A stretch of 64,000 nucleotides of DNA from Pseudomonadota bacterium (GCA_016927275.1 JAFGMW010000030.1:8135-72134); one strand, 5' to 3'; positions 9,449 through 19,699 are shown, numbered from the stretch's first letter. The notes: generated by a model not told the origin, from the sequence alone. Program-made: numbers and translations.

Positions 9449-12093
9449 ATCCGGCCGAGATATCAGCCAGCCGATTGCCCGACAGGCCCTGCGTCGATGA
9501 GGTCGCTGTCGCCAGGGACCCGCTCGCCGCGGTCCGCGATCTCGTCTTAGCGAGGAGGGGTTGGTTCGCCGACGCGCTCGCCTCGCGCTGCGACTCCCTC
9601 GAGACATGCAATGCCGCGAGCGACATGATCGACCGCGCGGTCGCGCTCCTGTATGCCCGGGCAAACCCCTGCGGGGACAGCGCGGTACTCGCGCTGGGCG
9701 GCTACGGGCGCAGGGAGATGGCGCCCCAGAGCGACGTGGACCTGCTGTTCCTCGTCGCCGACGGGTCGGGGGAGGCTGCGGGCCCGATCGCGGACTCCAT
9801 CCTCTATCCGTTCTGGAACAGCGGCATAGACGTGGGCGGCGCGACCAGGACCCTGGACGACTGCAGGCAGGTGATGCACAGCGACGTGCGCGCGCTGACC
9901 GCGATGATGGACGCGAGGCTCGTCGCGGGCTCGGCGGGGCTCTACGACAGGTTCAGGGGGCTGATCGGGGATCACTTCGCCTCGCCCGAGCAGCGCGCCA
10001 GGTTCGTCGACTGCAAGATCAGGGAGCACGCAAGGAGGCTGGAGAGGTACGGGAGCTCCATATATCTCGCGCAGCCGAACCTCAAGGAGGGGGAGGGCGG
10101 GCTCCGCGAGATGCATACGCTGATGTGGGCCGCGCGCGCCGCAATGCCCGGCTCGGATGGGAAGGAAGCGATGGCGCGATACCTGGGCGGCGCAGAACCG
10201 CTCGCCCGCCTCTACGACTGCTTTCGCTTCATGTGGTCGGTGAGGCTGGCGCTGCATCTCTGCGAAGGATCGTGGAACGACCGCCTGGCCGACTCGGTGC
10301 AGGACGAGGTGGCAAAGAGGCTCGGTTTCTGCGCTCTGCCGGGCGAGCAGGGATCGCAGCGCCTCCTCTCGCGCTACTACGAGAATGCGGAGGGGATGCA
10401 CCTCGCGTGCGAGAGGGCCATAGAGATGATAAGGCGCGAGGTGCACCCGGTCTCGAGGCTCTCCTCGCTCATACTGCGCAGGCGGCTCAGGGGCGGGCTC
10501 GTGAAGACGGAGCACGGCACCCTGCGAATGGAGCGGGAGCCGGCCGCCGCATCGTGCGAGGAGGCGATCGGGCTTTTCGCGGCATCGGGCAGGACGGGCC
10601 TCCCTGTCGACCCCGAGACCAGGGGCGCGCTGGCCGCGGGCCGTCGCTGGAGGGAGGGGCTCTCTTCCGGGGCCGCGTCCCCGGCCCTGAGGGATATGTT
10701 CGCGAAACTCGACTCTCTCGACTCGGTGCTTTCGCAGATGCGCGAGTGCGGGGCGCTCGACGCGGCGTTCCCGGAGATGGCGGCGCTCTTCCACAGCGCC
10801 CAGCGCGACGGGCTGCACTCTTACACGGTCGGCGTCCACTCGGTGAAGGCGGTCGCCGAGATCTCGGCGCTCGCCCGCTCCGGGGGCCGACACGCGCTCT
10901 CGAGGACGCTCGCGCAGGTGAAGAGGCCCGCGGTGCTGGCGCTCGCGGCGTTCCTCCACGACATAGGCAAGGGGAGGGGCGGCGACCACGCCAACAAGGG
11001 CGCCGCAATCGCCGCGGCGATAGCCTCGAGGCTCGGGTTCGACCCCGTCGACTGCCGGGACGTCGAGTACCTCGTCCGATCGCACCTGCTCATGTCGATA
11101 CTCGCATTCAAGCGCGACATAAGGGACCCCTCCCTCATCGAGAGGTTCGCTCAGTCGGTCAGCTCCGCGGAGATGCTCGCAATGCTCTACCTCATAACCT
11201 ACGCCGACCTCAGGGCCGTGGGCCCGTCGGTGTGGAGCGAGTGGAAGGGCGGGCTGCTGGAGGAGCTCTATTCGAGGACCGTGCGGCAGATGGCGGCGGG
11301 CGAGGTGAGCGCGGTCAAGCGTGGGCGCGAGGCGGAGAGGATAGTTAAATCGGCGATGCGGAGGATGGGCGCCGGCTGCGACGAGGGGGAGCTCAGGCGG
11401 TTCCTCAAGACGCTGCCCGAGAGGTACCTCTTCTCCGTGGAGCCGGAGTCGCTGGCCGCCCACTTCATGATGTCGAGGGAGATGGGCGATCGGCCTGTCT
11501 CCACGGTCACGAGGGAGATAGCGGCAAGGGGCTGCACCGAGTTCTCGGTGGTGACCAAAGACTCGCCGGGCCTCTTCGCCAAGATCGCGGGGGTCCTCTC
11601 CGCAAACGGGGCAAACATAATCGACGCCCAGCTCTACACCTCGACCGAGGGGAAGGCCATCGACGTCCTGTGGGTAACCGACTCCCTTCACGGGCCGTTC
11701 GACGACGCGGAGCGCTGGTCCAGGATCCGCTCGGAGCTCGCGCAGGCGGTTTCGGGCGAGAGGGAGCTTGCGAAGATCGTCGGCGGCCGCTTCAGGCGCA
11801 GGCTCATGGCGTGGAACGCGGCGAGGTCGCCGGTCGAGGTCACGGTGGACAACGACGTCTCGGCCATGCACACGGTCGTGGAGATATCGGCCGACGACCG
11901 CAGGGGGCTGCTCTACACCATAGCGGACGCCATACACGAGCTTGGTCTCATGATAGATCTGGCGCGCATCACCACCCATGTTGACCGGGTCATAGATGTC
12001 TTCTATATTAAGGGCCCGGACGGGAGAAAGATCGACTCCCCCGAGGGGATCGAGCGCATAAGGCGGACGCTGTCCGACGCGCTCGCCGACTGA
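9445..12093 (+). CDS. glnD: [Protein-PII] uridylyltransferase
   Basis: GTGA overlap with amidase stop; ALGGYGR..SDVDL, NLKEGEGGLRE, HD domain LHDIGKG, two ACT domains. Confidence 0.95.
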   Translation: MNPAEISASRLPDRPCVDEVAVARDPLAAVRDLVLARRGWFADALASRCDSLETCNAASDMIDRAVALLYARANPCGDSAVLALGGYGRREMAPQSDVDLLFLVADGSGEAAGPIADSILYPFWNSGIDVGGATRTLDDCRQVMHSDVRALTAMMDARLVAGSAGLYDRFRGLIGDHFASPEQRARFVDCKIREHARRLERYGSSIYLAQPNLKEGEGGLREMHTLMWAARAAMPGSDGKEAMARYLGGAEPLARLYDCFRFMWSVRLALHLCEGSWNDRLADSVQDEVAKRLGFCALPGEQGSQRLLSRYYENAEGMHLACERAIEMIRREVHPVSRLSSLILRRRLRGGLVKTEHGTLRMEREPAAASCEEAIGLFAASGRTGLPVDPETRGALAAGRRWREGLSSGAASPALRDMFAKLDSLDSVLSQMRECGALDAAFPEMAALFHSAQRDGLHSYTVGVHSVKAVAEISALARSGGRHALSRTLAQVKRPAVLALAAFLHDIGKGRGGDHANKGAAIAAAIASRLGFDPVDCRDVEYLVRSHLLMSILAFKRDIRDPSLIERFAQSVSSAEMLAMLYLITYADLRAVGPSVWSEWKGGLLEELYSRTVRQMAAGEVSAVKRGREAERIVKSAMRRMGAGCDEGELRRFLKTLPERYLFSVEPESLAAHFMMSREMGDRPVSTVTREIAARGCTEFSVVTKDSPGLFAKIAGVLSANGANIIDAQLYTSTEGKAIDVLWVTDSLHGPFDDAERWSRIRSELAQAVSGERELAKIVGGRFRRRLMAWNAARSPVEVTVDNDVSAMHTVVEISADDRRGLLYTIADAIHELGLMIDLARITTHVDRVIDVFYIKGPDGRKIDSPEGIERIRRTLSDALAD

Positions 12094-12102
12094 GGCCTTC
12101 AT

Positions 12103-12312
12103 ATGGTCTGGTACATCATCGCGGGACTGGCAGGGGCTGTCGCCGTCGCATTGCTTGTCGGGACGTACGTGAGGGACCGCCGCTACCTGCGCAGCAGGAC
12201 CTCCGAGGTGATGGGCGAGGGGCTCAAGGCCGAGATCGATCAGGAGCGCGCCGCGTCTCTCGCGAGGCGGGAGTCGTGGCGCAAGGCGCTCGACGATGCA
12301 AGGAAGGGGTGA
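12103..12312 (+). CDS. Small membrane-anchored hypothetical protein
   Basis: N-terminal TM then charged helix; tight operonic spacing. Confidence 0.65.
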   Translation: MVWYIIAGLAGAVAVALLVGTYVRDRRYLRSRTSEVMGEGLKAEIDQERAASLARRESWRKALDDARKG

Positions 12313-12314
12313 AG

Positions 12315-12653
12315 ATGGCCCGCATAAAGATATGCAAGGAGCCTGACTGCAGGGACGCCGCCACCACCGACGGCTACTGCCGCATGCACTATCTCAAGCA
12401 CTGGAGCAGCATCAAACAGGCGTCGAAGCGGGCGGCCATCCGCAGGCTCAACCGCTACATCGAGCACGTCTGCAGGGAGAACCCGGACGACTACGCCGAC
12501 GTCATACGCAAGGACCTGCGCTCCCCGCAGTTTGCGGGCTTCGCGGAGGAGGGGTCCCTCGGCGAGGACGAAGGGGTGATCTTCGGCGAGGGGGCCAGCG
12601 AGGAGGAGATCGAGCGGATCATAAAGAAGCTCAAGGTGGAGGAGGGGTTCTGA
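12315..12653 (+). CDS. Hypothetical protein with Cys/His cluster (possible Zn finger)
   Basis: CKEPDC...GYCRMH; acidic C-terminus; purine-rich RBS. Confidence 0.7.
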   Translation: MARIKICKEPDCRDAATTDGYCRMHYLKHWSSIKQASKRAAIRRLNRYIEHVCRENPDDYADVIRKDLRSPQFAGFAEEGSLGEDEGVIFGEGASEEEIERIIKKLKVEEGF

Positions 12654-12657
12654 AGGC

Positions 12658-12685
12658 CGTGACTCGTGACTCGTAACTCGTGATT
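12658..12685. repeat. Heptamer tandem repeat (CGTGACT x4, degenerate)
   Basis: CGTGACT CGTGACT CGTAACT CGTGATT. Confidence 0.85.
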
Positions 12686-12701
12686 GGCGGTGGAGGACAA
12701 G

Positions 12702-12738
12702 AAAAAACCCCGGGCGGGACACCCGGGGTTTTCATTTT
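12702..12738. terminator. Bidirectional terminator
   Basis: AAAACCCCGGG...CCCGGGGTTTT between convergent genes. Confidence 0.8.
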
Positions 12739-12762
12739 TCCGCGGCCCTTGGGCCCTGTGCC

Positions 12763-14772
12763 TTACGCCTTCTTCCTCGAGGGCAGCCAGATCAGGGAGA
12801 AGGCGACCGCTGCGAAGACCAGAAGCGACAGCCACCCGCCGTGCGACGACAGTATGGGCAGCTCCTCCATGCCGAAGAATCTGCCCGAGAGCGAAGGTAT
12901 GCCCACGAGCACGAGCGCGGCGAGCAGGACCCCTGTTATCGCCTCGCCCGCGATGAAGCCGGAGGCCATGAGGACGCCGGGCCCCTCGAGCCCCTCGACG
13001 TATGTGCCGCGCCTCTTCGCCAGCAGGTCCGCTATCCACTTGATCACGCCGCCCACGAATATCGCGAACGTCGCCTGGAACGGCAGGTACATGCCGACCG
13101 CGATGAGCATGGGCGCCGGCGCCTTGATGAGAATGAGGGAGAGAGCGAAGAACATCCCTATGATGAGGAGCCCCCACGGCATCTCGCCGGTTATGATCCC
13201 CTTTGCCAGCTGTGCCATGAGGCCGGCCTGCGGCGCAGGCAGCGTGGTCCCGCCGATCCCGAGGCCGCCCGCGGCGATGTTGCCCTCGTGAAGGACGATG
13301 ATAGGCACGACCAGGGTGAACGCCACGACCACCGTGCCGATTATTGCGGCGAGCTCCATCTTCCAGGGCGTGCCGCCGATGAGCTGCCCGACCTTGAGGT
13401 CCTGGATCATGTCGCCCGAGAGGCAGGCGATGCAGCAGACGACCGCGGCGATCGCGAGCACGGCCGCGATGCCGGGCAGCCCCTTCAGCCCGAACATCAC
13501 CATCACCAGGGCCGCGATGATGAGGGTGGAGAGGGTGAGGCCCGAGACCGGCTGGTTGGAGTTGCCCACGATCCCCACGAGCCAGCCTCCGACCGCTGCG
13601 AAGAGGAAGCCGGTTATCATCATCACGACCACCGAGACGATCGTGCCCACCATGTTGTCGGTGAAATAGTGGTAGATGAAGGCCATGGGTATCGCCAGGC
13701 CGAGGCCGGCGAGAAGAACCACCTTCAGGTTCAGGTCGCGCTCGGTCCTGGATTTTTTGACCTCGTGGTGCGCATGCCTGCTGAATATCCCCTTGACCGC
13801 GCTGAAGAGCGAACCGCGCAGCCCGTACAGGGTGTATATGGAGCCGACGAGCATCCCGCCCACGGCGATCGGCCTGACGAGGTTGAACCAGGCGGTGTAG
13901 GCCATGTCCTCGTGGGAGACGATGGAGCCCCCGGCGGACAGCTGCTCCATGAACGAGGGGTTGATGAAGAGGGCCAGCGGTATGAGGACCAGCCAGGCCA
14001 GGACCCCTCCCGCGAAGTTGATGCAGGAGTACTTGGGGCCGATGATGTAGCCCACGCTCATGAGGGCGGGCGAGGCGAGCGGCGACTGGAACGCCACGCC
14101 GCCGGTGTGGCCGATGTCGGCCAGCGGCTCCTGGCCCCGGTTGAAGTGGTGGATGACCGAGCGCGGGAAGTGGATGAAGAACTCCCTGGTCTCCTTGAAG
14201 ATCGCTATGCCGCCCGGGTTCTTGAGCATCTCGGCGAGCACTCCCAGCCCGAGCGCGCCGAAGACGTACCCTGCGCCGCTCGCGCCGCTCTGGCCGCTCT
14301 TGACGATCTCGTAGCAGGCGTACCCCTCGGGGAAAGGCAGGTCCGCGTCCACGAGCAGGGTCCTGCGCAGGAGGATCACGAAGAGGATGCCCATGAGGCC
14401 GCCCACGAGGCAGATGAGAGACGACTCCCAGTAGTTGAAGCTTGTCCAGAGCCGCTCCCCGTCGAGGCTCACCATGACGAAGGCGGGGAGGGTGAATATC
14501 GCCCCCGCCACCAGCGCCTCGCCGACCGCGGCCGCGGTTCGCGCGGTGTTCTGCTCGAGCACGGTCCCGCGGAAAAAGGGGAGTCTGAAGGCCGCGATCG
14601 CTATGACCGCGGCAGGGAAAGAGGCGGACACGGTCATGCCAGCCTTGAGGCCGAGGTAGGCGTTGGCGGCGCCGAGGATGACCGCCATGAGGACGCCCAG
14701 GATCAGGGCCTTGATGGTGAACTCCGCCATTCCGGCCTCTGCCGGCACATAGGGCTTAAGTTCGTTCGACAT
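12763..14772 (-). CDS. OPT family oligopeptide transporter
   Basis: EFTIKAL, YLGLKAG, SNQPVSG, QDLKVG..GGTPW, PAPQAGLM. Confidence 0.95.
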   Translation of the reverse strand: MSNELKPYVPAEAGMAEFTIKALILGVLMAVILGAANAYLGLKAGMTVSASFPAAVIAIAAFRLPFFRGTVLEQNTARTAAAVGEALVAGAIFTLPAFVMVSLDGERLWTSFNYWESSLICLVGGLMGILFVILLRRTLLVDADLPFPEGYACYEIVKSGQSGASGAGYVFGALGLGVLAEMLKNPGGIAIFKETREFFIHFPRSVIHHFNRGQEPLADIGHTGGVAFQSPLASPALMSVGYIIGPKYSCINFAGGVLAWLVLIPLALFINPSFMEQLSAGGSIVSHEDMAYTAWFNLVRPIAVGGMLVGSIYTLYGLRGSLFSAVKGIFSRHAHHEVKKSRTERDLNLKVVLLAGLGLAIPMAFIYHYFTDNMVGTIVSVVVMMITGFLFAAVGGWLVGIVGNSNQPVSGLTLSTLIIAALVMVMFGLKGLPGIAAVLAIAAVVCCIACLSGDMIQDLKVGQLIGGTPWKMELAAIIGTVVVAFTLVVPIIVLHEGNIAAGGLGIGGTTLPAPQAGLMAQLAKGIITGEMPWGLLIIGMFFALSLILIKAPAPMLIAVGMYLPFQATFAIFVGGVIKWIADLLAKRRGTYVEGLEGPGVLMASGFIAGEAITGVLLAALVLVGIPSLSGRFFGMEELPILSSHGGWLSLLVFAAVAFSLIWLPSRKKA

Positions 14773-14957
14773 TTATCTCCCCCTTGAGAAGAAGGCCTGC
14801 GGAGGCAGGCGGTTTTTCCCGCACTACCCGATCGGGAAGCCTGTGTCAAACACATGATCGCGCTTGCCTTTTCACCGCCGTGTGCTATGGCAGGCGGGAT
14901 TTCAAACCAGGGCCAGGCGGGGCATGCCGGCCCTCCACGGATCGAAAGGAGGGGGTT

Positions 14958-15407
14958 ATGGCAGCGCAGTACAACACAAATGATGTGTCCCAGCTCATCG
15001 ATCGGTTCATGAAGGCGTACGAGAGCCGCAACATCGATCTCCTGGCCCAGACTGTCGCCAGGGACGCGGACTTCGTGGCCTACGGCACCGACGAGGGTGA
15101 GTACTGGCACGGCTGGGAGTCCTACCGTTCGGCGACCGAGAAGCTGTTCGGCGCCCTCGACGAGATCCACTGGAAGCGCGGGACCCCGATGATCCGCTTC
15201 TCGACCGACGGAAAGGTGGCGTGGTTCGCGGAGGACCTGCACGGGAAGTTTCTGACCGGCGGCGAGACCCACGAGTGCAACCTGCGCCTGACCGGCATCG
15301 CCGAGAACAGAAACGGGCAGTGGACGATAGTCCAGTTCCACCGCTCGGTGCCGTTCCACCCGCACGCGGTGCCTTACCTTGAGACACACGGCGTCCGTTT
15401 CGACTGA
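14958..15407 (+). CDS. SnoaL-like / NTF2 fold protein
   Basis: AGGAGG RBS; YGTDEGEYW.GW, LRLTG, W.IVQFH.S. Confidence 0.85.
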   Translation: MAAQYNTNDVSQLIDRFMKAYESRNIDLLAQTVARDADFVAYGTDEGEYWHGWESYRSATEKLFGALDEIHWKRGTPMIRFSTDGKVAWFAEDLHGKFLTGGETHECNLRLTGIAENRNGQWTIVQFHRSVPFHPHAVPYLETHGVRFD

Positions 15408-15456
15408 CGGCCGTCGACCGGGGGATTGACGACACGCAACAGGAAACGGAGGCATT

Positions 15457-17478
15457 ATGGAAAAGCAGCGGTTCACCCCGTACGTGCCCGAGGGCACCGA
15501 CATGCGGGAATTCACGGTAAGGGCGCTGGTGCTCGGACTTGTCATGACGGTGGTGCTCGGCGCGGCCAACGCCTATCTCGGCCTTCGCGCCGGGATGACG
15601 ATCGCCGCCACCTATCCGGCCGCGGTCCTGGGAATGGCATTCCTCAGGATATTCAAGGGTTCCATACTCGAGGAGAACATCGCGAGGACCGTCGGCTCGG
15701 TCGGCGAGTCGCTGGCAGCGGGCGCCATCTTCACGCTCCCGGCGTTCTTCCTGGCCGGCGTCTGGACCGACATGGCGACGGTGCAGCACTATCTCGAGGC
15801 CACGGGCATCATGGCCGTGGGCGGCGTGCTGGGCATCCTCTTCGTCACGATGCTCCGTCGAGTCATGGTCGAGGACGCGGAGCTTCCTTACCCGGAGTCG
15901 ATCGCCGCGGCAGAGATACACAAGGCGGGCCGCAAGGGCGGCAGCGGCGCAGTTTATCTGATATGGGCGATGATCGGCGGCGCCCTCGTCCAGCTGGCAG
16001 GCGCGCTGTCGCTGTTCGCCACCAGCTGGGAGCGCTTCATACACTTCGCCAAGACAGGCGTGGGCCTGTTCACCAGCAAGGGCGAGCTGATCACAAAGGT
16101 CAGCGCAGGCGGCGGCACGCTGCTCACTACGCCGCACGTTTCTCCCGCCTACATCGGCGTGGGCTACATCATCGGTCCCAGGCTCGCGGCTCTCAACTTC
16201 GCCGGCGGCATACTCGCCTGGGGGCTGTTCGTCCCGCTCCTGCTGTACTTCGTGGGCCCATCGCTCGAGCCGGTCATGGCTCAGGAGGGGATGAACCTCG
16301 ACTGGGTCTCGATGTCCTACGCGGCATGGAAGTACATGGTGAGGCCGATCGCCATCGGAGGCATGCTCGTCTCCGCGTGCTACACGCTATACCGGATGCG
16401 CAAGAGCCTGGTGACGGGCCTTGTGCGCTCCATCGGCGACCTCAAGAAGGCCGCCACCGCGAGCGAGGAGAAGAGCAGGCTCGACCGCGACATCAGCTTC
16501 AAGGTCGTGGCCCCGCTGATACTCCTCGTGTCCGTGGCCATGGGCTTCCTCTACTACTACTTCTGCAACGACGTTAAGGGCGCGGTCATCGCCACCGTGG
16601 TCATGGTCGTGACGGGGTTCTTCTTCGCCGCGGTCTCCGGCTACCTGGTCGGCATGATCGGATCGTCGAACAACCCGGTCTCCGGGCTCACCATCTCCAC
16701 GCTGATCATCTCGGCGCTGCTCATGGTCTTCATGGGCGTCTCCGGCGTCTCCGGCGTGGCGGCGGTGCTGGGTGTCGCGGCGGTCGTGTGCGTCTCCTCG
16801 GCGGTCGCCGGCGAGATGCTCCAGGACCTCAAGGTCGGCCACTTCCTCGGCGGCACGCCCTGGAAGATGCAGTCCGGCAACATCATAGCGGTGCTCGTCT
16901 CTGCGGTCGTGATGTTCGTCCCGATCATCTTCCTGCACCAGGCGGACATAAACATGGGCGGCACAGGCCTCGGAGGTCAGGCTCTTCCGGCGCCTCAGGC
17001 GGGCCTCATGGCGATGCTGGCCAAGGGGATCGTCGCGGGCGAGATGGCGTGGCCCCTGGTGATCGTCGGCATGCTCATGGCGATCGCCATGATCTGCGTT
17101 CAGGTCCGAAGCCCCATGCTCGTCTCGGTGGGCATGTACCTCCCGTTCGGGACGGTTTCGGCGATATTCGTCGGCGGCATGATCCGCGCTATCGCGGACA
17201 AGCTTGCAGAGCGACGCAAGCTCAACGACGCGCAGAAGATCCGCATGGAGAACGGCGGCGTGCTCCTGGCGTCGGGCTTCATCGCGGGCGAGGCGCTGAT
17301 GGGGCTGGTGATCGCGGGGCTCGCGGTCTTCAACATCTTCCTTCCCGCGGTCTTCGCATCGCCTTCATTCATATGGGGAATCGTGATCTTCGTGGCCCTG
17401 GGCTACGTGCTGGTCAAGTTCCCGCTCAAGAACGCAGGGAGTCCAGATGAACCGGCACCACCCGCAGCAATGGCATGA
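15457..17478 (+). CDS. OPT family oligopeptide transporter (second paralog)
   Basis: EFTVRAL, YLGLRAG, SNNPVSG, QDLKVG, PAPQAGLM. Confidence 0.95.
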   Translation: MEKQRFTPYVPEGTDMREFTVRALVLGLVMTVVLGAANAYLGLRAGMTIAATYPAAVLGMAFLRIFKGSILEENIARTVGSVGESLAAGAIFTLPAFFLAGVWTDMATVQHYLEATGIMAVGGVLGILFVTMLRRVMVEDAELPYPESIAAAEIHKAGRKGGSGAVYLIWAMIGGALVQLAGALSLFATSWERFIHFAKTGVGLFTSKGELITKVSAGGGTLLTTPHVSPAYIGVGYIIGPRLAALNFAGGILAWGLFVPLLLYFVGPSLEPVMAQEGMNLDWVSMSYAAWKYMVRPIAIGGMLVSACYTLYRMRKSLVTGLVRSIGDLKKAATASEEKSRLDRDISFKVVAPLILLVSVAMGFLYYYFCNDVKGAVIATVVMVVTGFFFAAVSGYLVGMIGSSNNPVSGLTISTLIISALLMVFMGVSGVSGVAAVLGVAAVVCVSSAVAGEMLQDLKVGHFLGGTPWKMQSGNIIAVLVSAVVMFVPIIFLHQADINMGGTGLGGQALPAPQAGLMAMLAKGIVAGEMAWPLVIVGMLMAIAMICVQVRSPMLVSVGMYLPFGTVSAIFVGGMIRAIADKLAERRKLNDAQKIRMENGGVLLASGFIAGEALMGLVIAGLAVFNIFLPAVFASPSFIWGIVIFVALGYVLVKFPLKNAGSPDEPAPPAAMA

Positions 17479-17809
17479 CGTAGTCGCAAAGCGCACGGTA
17501 GAGTGGGAGGACGGCCCGGAGGATCGGGCCGTCCTCCTCGTGCCGCGCTTCCGCAGGGGGCCGCTCGCCCGCTGGCTGCAGCCGCGCCTCAAGAGGCCCC
17601 ACATGAGGGTGAAGCTCGACGATCTCGGCACGTTCGTGTGGCGAAGGCTGGACGGGAATACCCCGTTCGACGAGATAGCGAAGGCCATGGAGGGGCATTT
17701 CGGCGAGAGGGCCGCTCCGGCGGATCAGAGGCTCAAGGCTTTCTTCACCATCCTCCACAAGGACAGGTTCGTGGAGCTGTACGCCCCCTCCGCAGGCCGG
17801 ACGGAATAG
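17447..17809 (+). CDS. PqqD-family (RRE-like) protein
   Basis: KLDDLGTFVWRRLDG.TPFDEIAKAM..HF pattern; overlaps the OPT 3' end. Confidence 0.75.
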   Translation: MNRHHPQQWHDVVAKRTVEWEDGPEDRAVLLVPRFRRGPLARWLQPRLKRPHMRVKLDDLGTFVWRRLDGNTPFDEIAKAMEGHFGERAAPADQRLKAFFTILHKDRFVELYAPSAGRTE

Positions 17810-17819
17810 CAGAAACCGG

Positions 17820-19169
17820 ATGACCAGGAAATTCTACATCAAGACCTTCGGGTGCCAGATGAACGAGCACGACTCCGCCAAGATGGCGCTCCTGCTCCAG
17901 TCGCAGGGCTATGCGCCGGGCGAAGACGCGCTCGCCTCGGACATCGTGATATTCAACACCTGCACTATCCGGGAAAAGGCGCATCACAAGGCGATCAGCG
18001 AGATCGGCAGGGCCTCGCAGATAAAGCGCGCGAGCCCGCGCGCCGTCGTCGGCGTGTGCGGGTGCGTGGCACAGGAGGAGGGTGAGCGGATACTCTCGAG
18101 GTTCCCTGACGTGGATTTCGTTCTCGGGCCCGACCAGATATGGAGGCTGGGAGAGGCGATTGCCTGCGCGGAATCGGGGGGCCGCTGCGCCTTCGTCGAC
18201 CTGATCGACGACCCGGACGGTTATCGTTTTCCCGGCCATATACCGCCAGTCACGAGTCACGAGTCACGAGTCACGGCCTTCGTCACCGCCATGAAGGGTT
18301 GCAACTGCGCATGCAGCTACTGCATCGTCCCCTCGGTGCGCGGCCGCGAGGTCTGCCGACCGCCCGGCGAGATCGTGGAGGAGTGCCGGACGCTTGCGGA
18401 TTCGGGAACGAAGGAGGTGACGCTGCTCGGCCAGAACGTCACCGCCTACTCTTTTCTGAATCCCGGGTCCTTGATCCCGGGTGCCGAAAGCCTGGCCTCG
18501 CTAATCAGGAGGATATCGCGCGAGACCGGGATCTCGCGCATCCGATTCACCTCCCCGCACCCGCGCGACATCACCGACGGGCTGATCGGGGAGTTCGCTG
18601 AGAACGAAAGGCTCGCGCCACACATCCATCTCCCGGCACAGTCGGGTTCCGACGGGGTCCTCCGCAGGATGCGGCGCGGCTACACGAGGGAGAGGTATCT
18701 GGACGTCGCGCGCAGGCTCAGGGCCGCGCGGCCGGGCATCTCCATCACGACCGATATCATAGTCGGGTTCTCCCGCGAGACCGACGAGGAGTATCGCGAG
18801 ACTCTCGACCTCATGCGCGAGGTCGGGTTCGACTCCGCGTTCGCTTTCAAGTACTCGCCGAGGCCCGGGACCGAGGCGGCGCGGAAGATGGAGGACGACG
18901 TGCCGGCCGGGGTCAAGGAGCGCAGGCTCGACGAACTTCTCGCGCTGCAGCGCTCTGCATCCCGCAGGCTCAACGAGGCCCTGGTGGGCTCCGAGGGGGA
19001 GGTGCTGGCGGCCGGCCTCGACCGCATGGGCAGGGGGCTTATCACCGGCAGGCTCCCCGACAACCGCATAGTACATTTCTCTGGCCAAGAGGAGCTCATT
19101 GGCTCTATAGTCCGCGTTCGAATCACCTCCGCTAACGACAACTCGCTGACCGGGGAGGCGCTGGCATGA
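17820..19169 (+). CDS. miaB: tRNA-2-methylthio-N6-dimethylallyladenosine synthase
   Basis: TFGCQMN, FNTCTIREKA, GCNCACSYCIVP radical SAM motif, C-terminal TRAM domain. Confidence 0.96.
   Translation: MTRKFYIKTFGCQMNEHDSAKMALLLQSQGYAPGEDALASDIVIFNTCTIREKAHHKAISEIGRASQIKRASPRAVVGVCGCVAQEEGERILSRFPDVDFVLGPDQIWRLGEAIACAESGGRCAFVDLIDDPDGYRFPGHIPPVTSHESRVTAFVTAMKGCNCACSYCIVPSVRGREVCRPPGEIVEECRTLADSGTKEVTLLGQNVTAYSFLNPGSLIPGAESLASLIRRISRETGISRIRFTSPHPRDITDGLIGEFAENERLAPHIHLPAQSGSDGVLRRMRRGYTRERYLDVARRLRAARPGISITTDIIVGFSRETDEEYRETLDLMREVGFDSAFAFKYSPRPGTEAARKMEDDVPAGVKERRLDELLALQRSASRRLNEALVGSEGEVLAAGLDRMGRGLITGRLPDNRIVHFSGQEELIGSIVRVRITSANDNSLTGEALA
18248..18275 (+). repeat. AGTCACG x4 inside miaB
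   Basis: Four perfect heptamers encoding VTSHESRVT in frame. Confidence 0.9.
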
Positions 19170-19687
19170 CCGGGGACAGGTCGGACAAGGACTTCATCCA
19201 GATGAAGGTGACAGGGCTCACGATAGACCCCTTCACCAGCATGCCGATCATCATACTCAAGGACATGGAGGAGAAGTGCGCGCTGCCGATCTGGATCGGC
19301 CTCATAGAGGCCTCGGCCATCGCCACCGAGATCGAGCACATAGAGCTCTCGAGGCCCATGACTCACGACCTGCTCAAGAACGTCTTCGACGCGGTCGGCA
19401 TCAGCGTGATAAGGGTGGAGGTGAGCGACCTCGCCGACAACACCTTCTACGCGCGCCTCATCCTCACGCAGCAGGGGCGCGAGTTCGTGATGGACTCGAG
19501 GCCCTCCGACGCGATAGCGGTGGCGCTCCGGTCGGGCTCCCCGATCTTCGTGGCCAGGGGCGTGATCGACAAGTCCCGAAAGATCGACCTGGCCAAGGAG
19601 GGCGGTCAGGAGGACGCCAGGAAGCAGAAGTGGACCGAGATACTGGAGAACCTCTCTCCCGAAGACTTCGGAAAGTACAAGATGTAG
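19166..19687 (+). CDS. Bifunctional nuclease family (DUF151)
   Basis: LPIWIG..EA.AI, RPMTHDL, DSRPSDAIAVA. Confidence 0.93.
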   Translation: MTGDRSDKDFIQMKVTGLTIDPFTSMPIIILKDMEEKCALPIWIGLIEASAIATEIEHIELSRPMTHDLLKNVFDAVGISVIRVEVSDLADNTFYARLILTQQGREFVMDSRPSDAIAVALRSGSPIFVARGVIDKSRKIDLAKEGGQEDARKQKWTEILENLSPEDFGKYKM

Positions 19688-19699
19688 GCGGCCACCGAG

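Noticed and set aside
17447..19169. RiPP cluster (PqqD plus radical SAM)
   Set aside because: The radical SAM enzyme is a canonical MiaB with a TRAM domain; no precursor peptide or SPASM domain seen.
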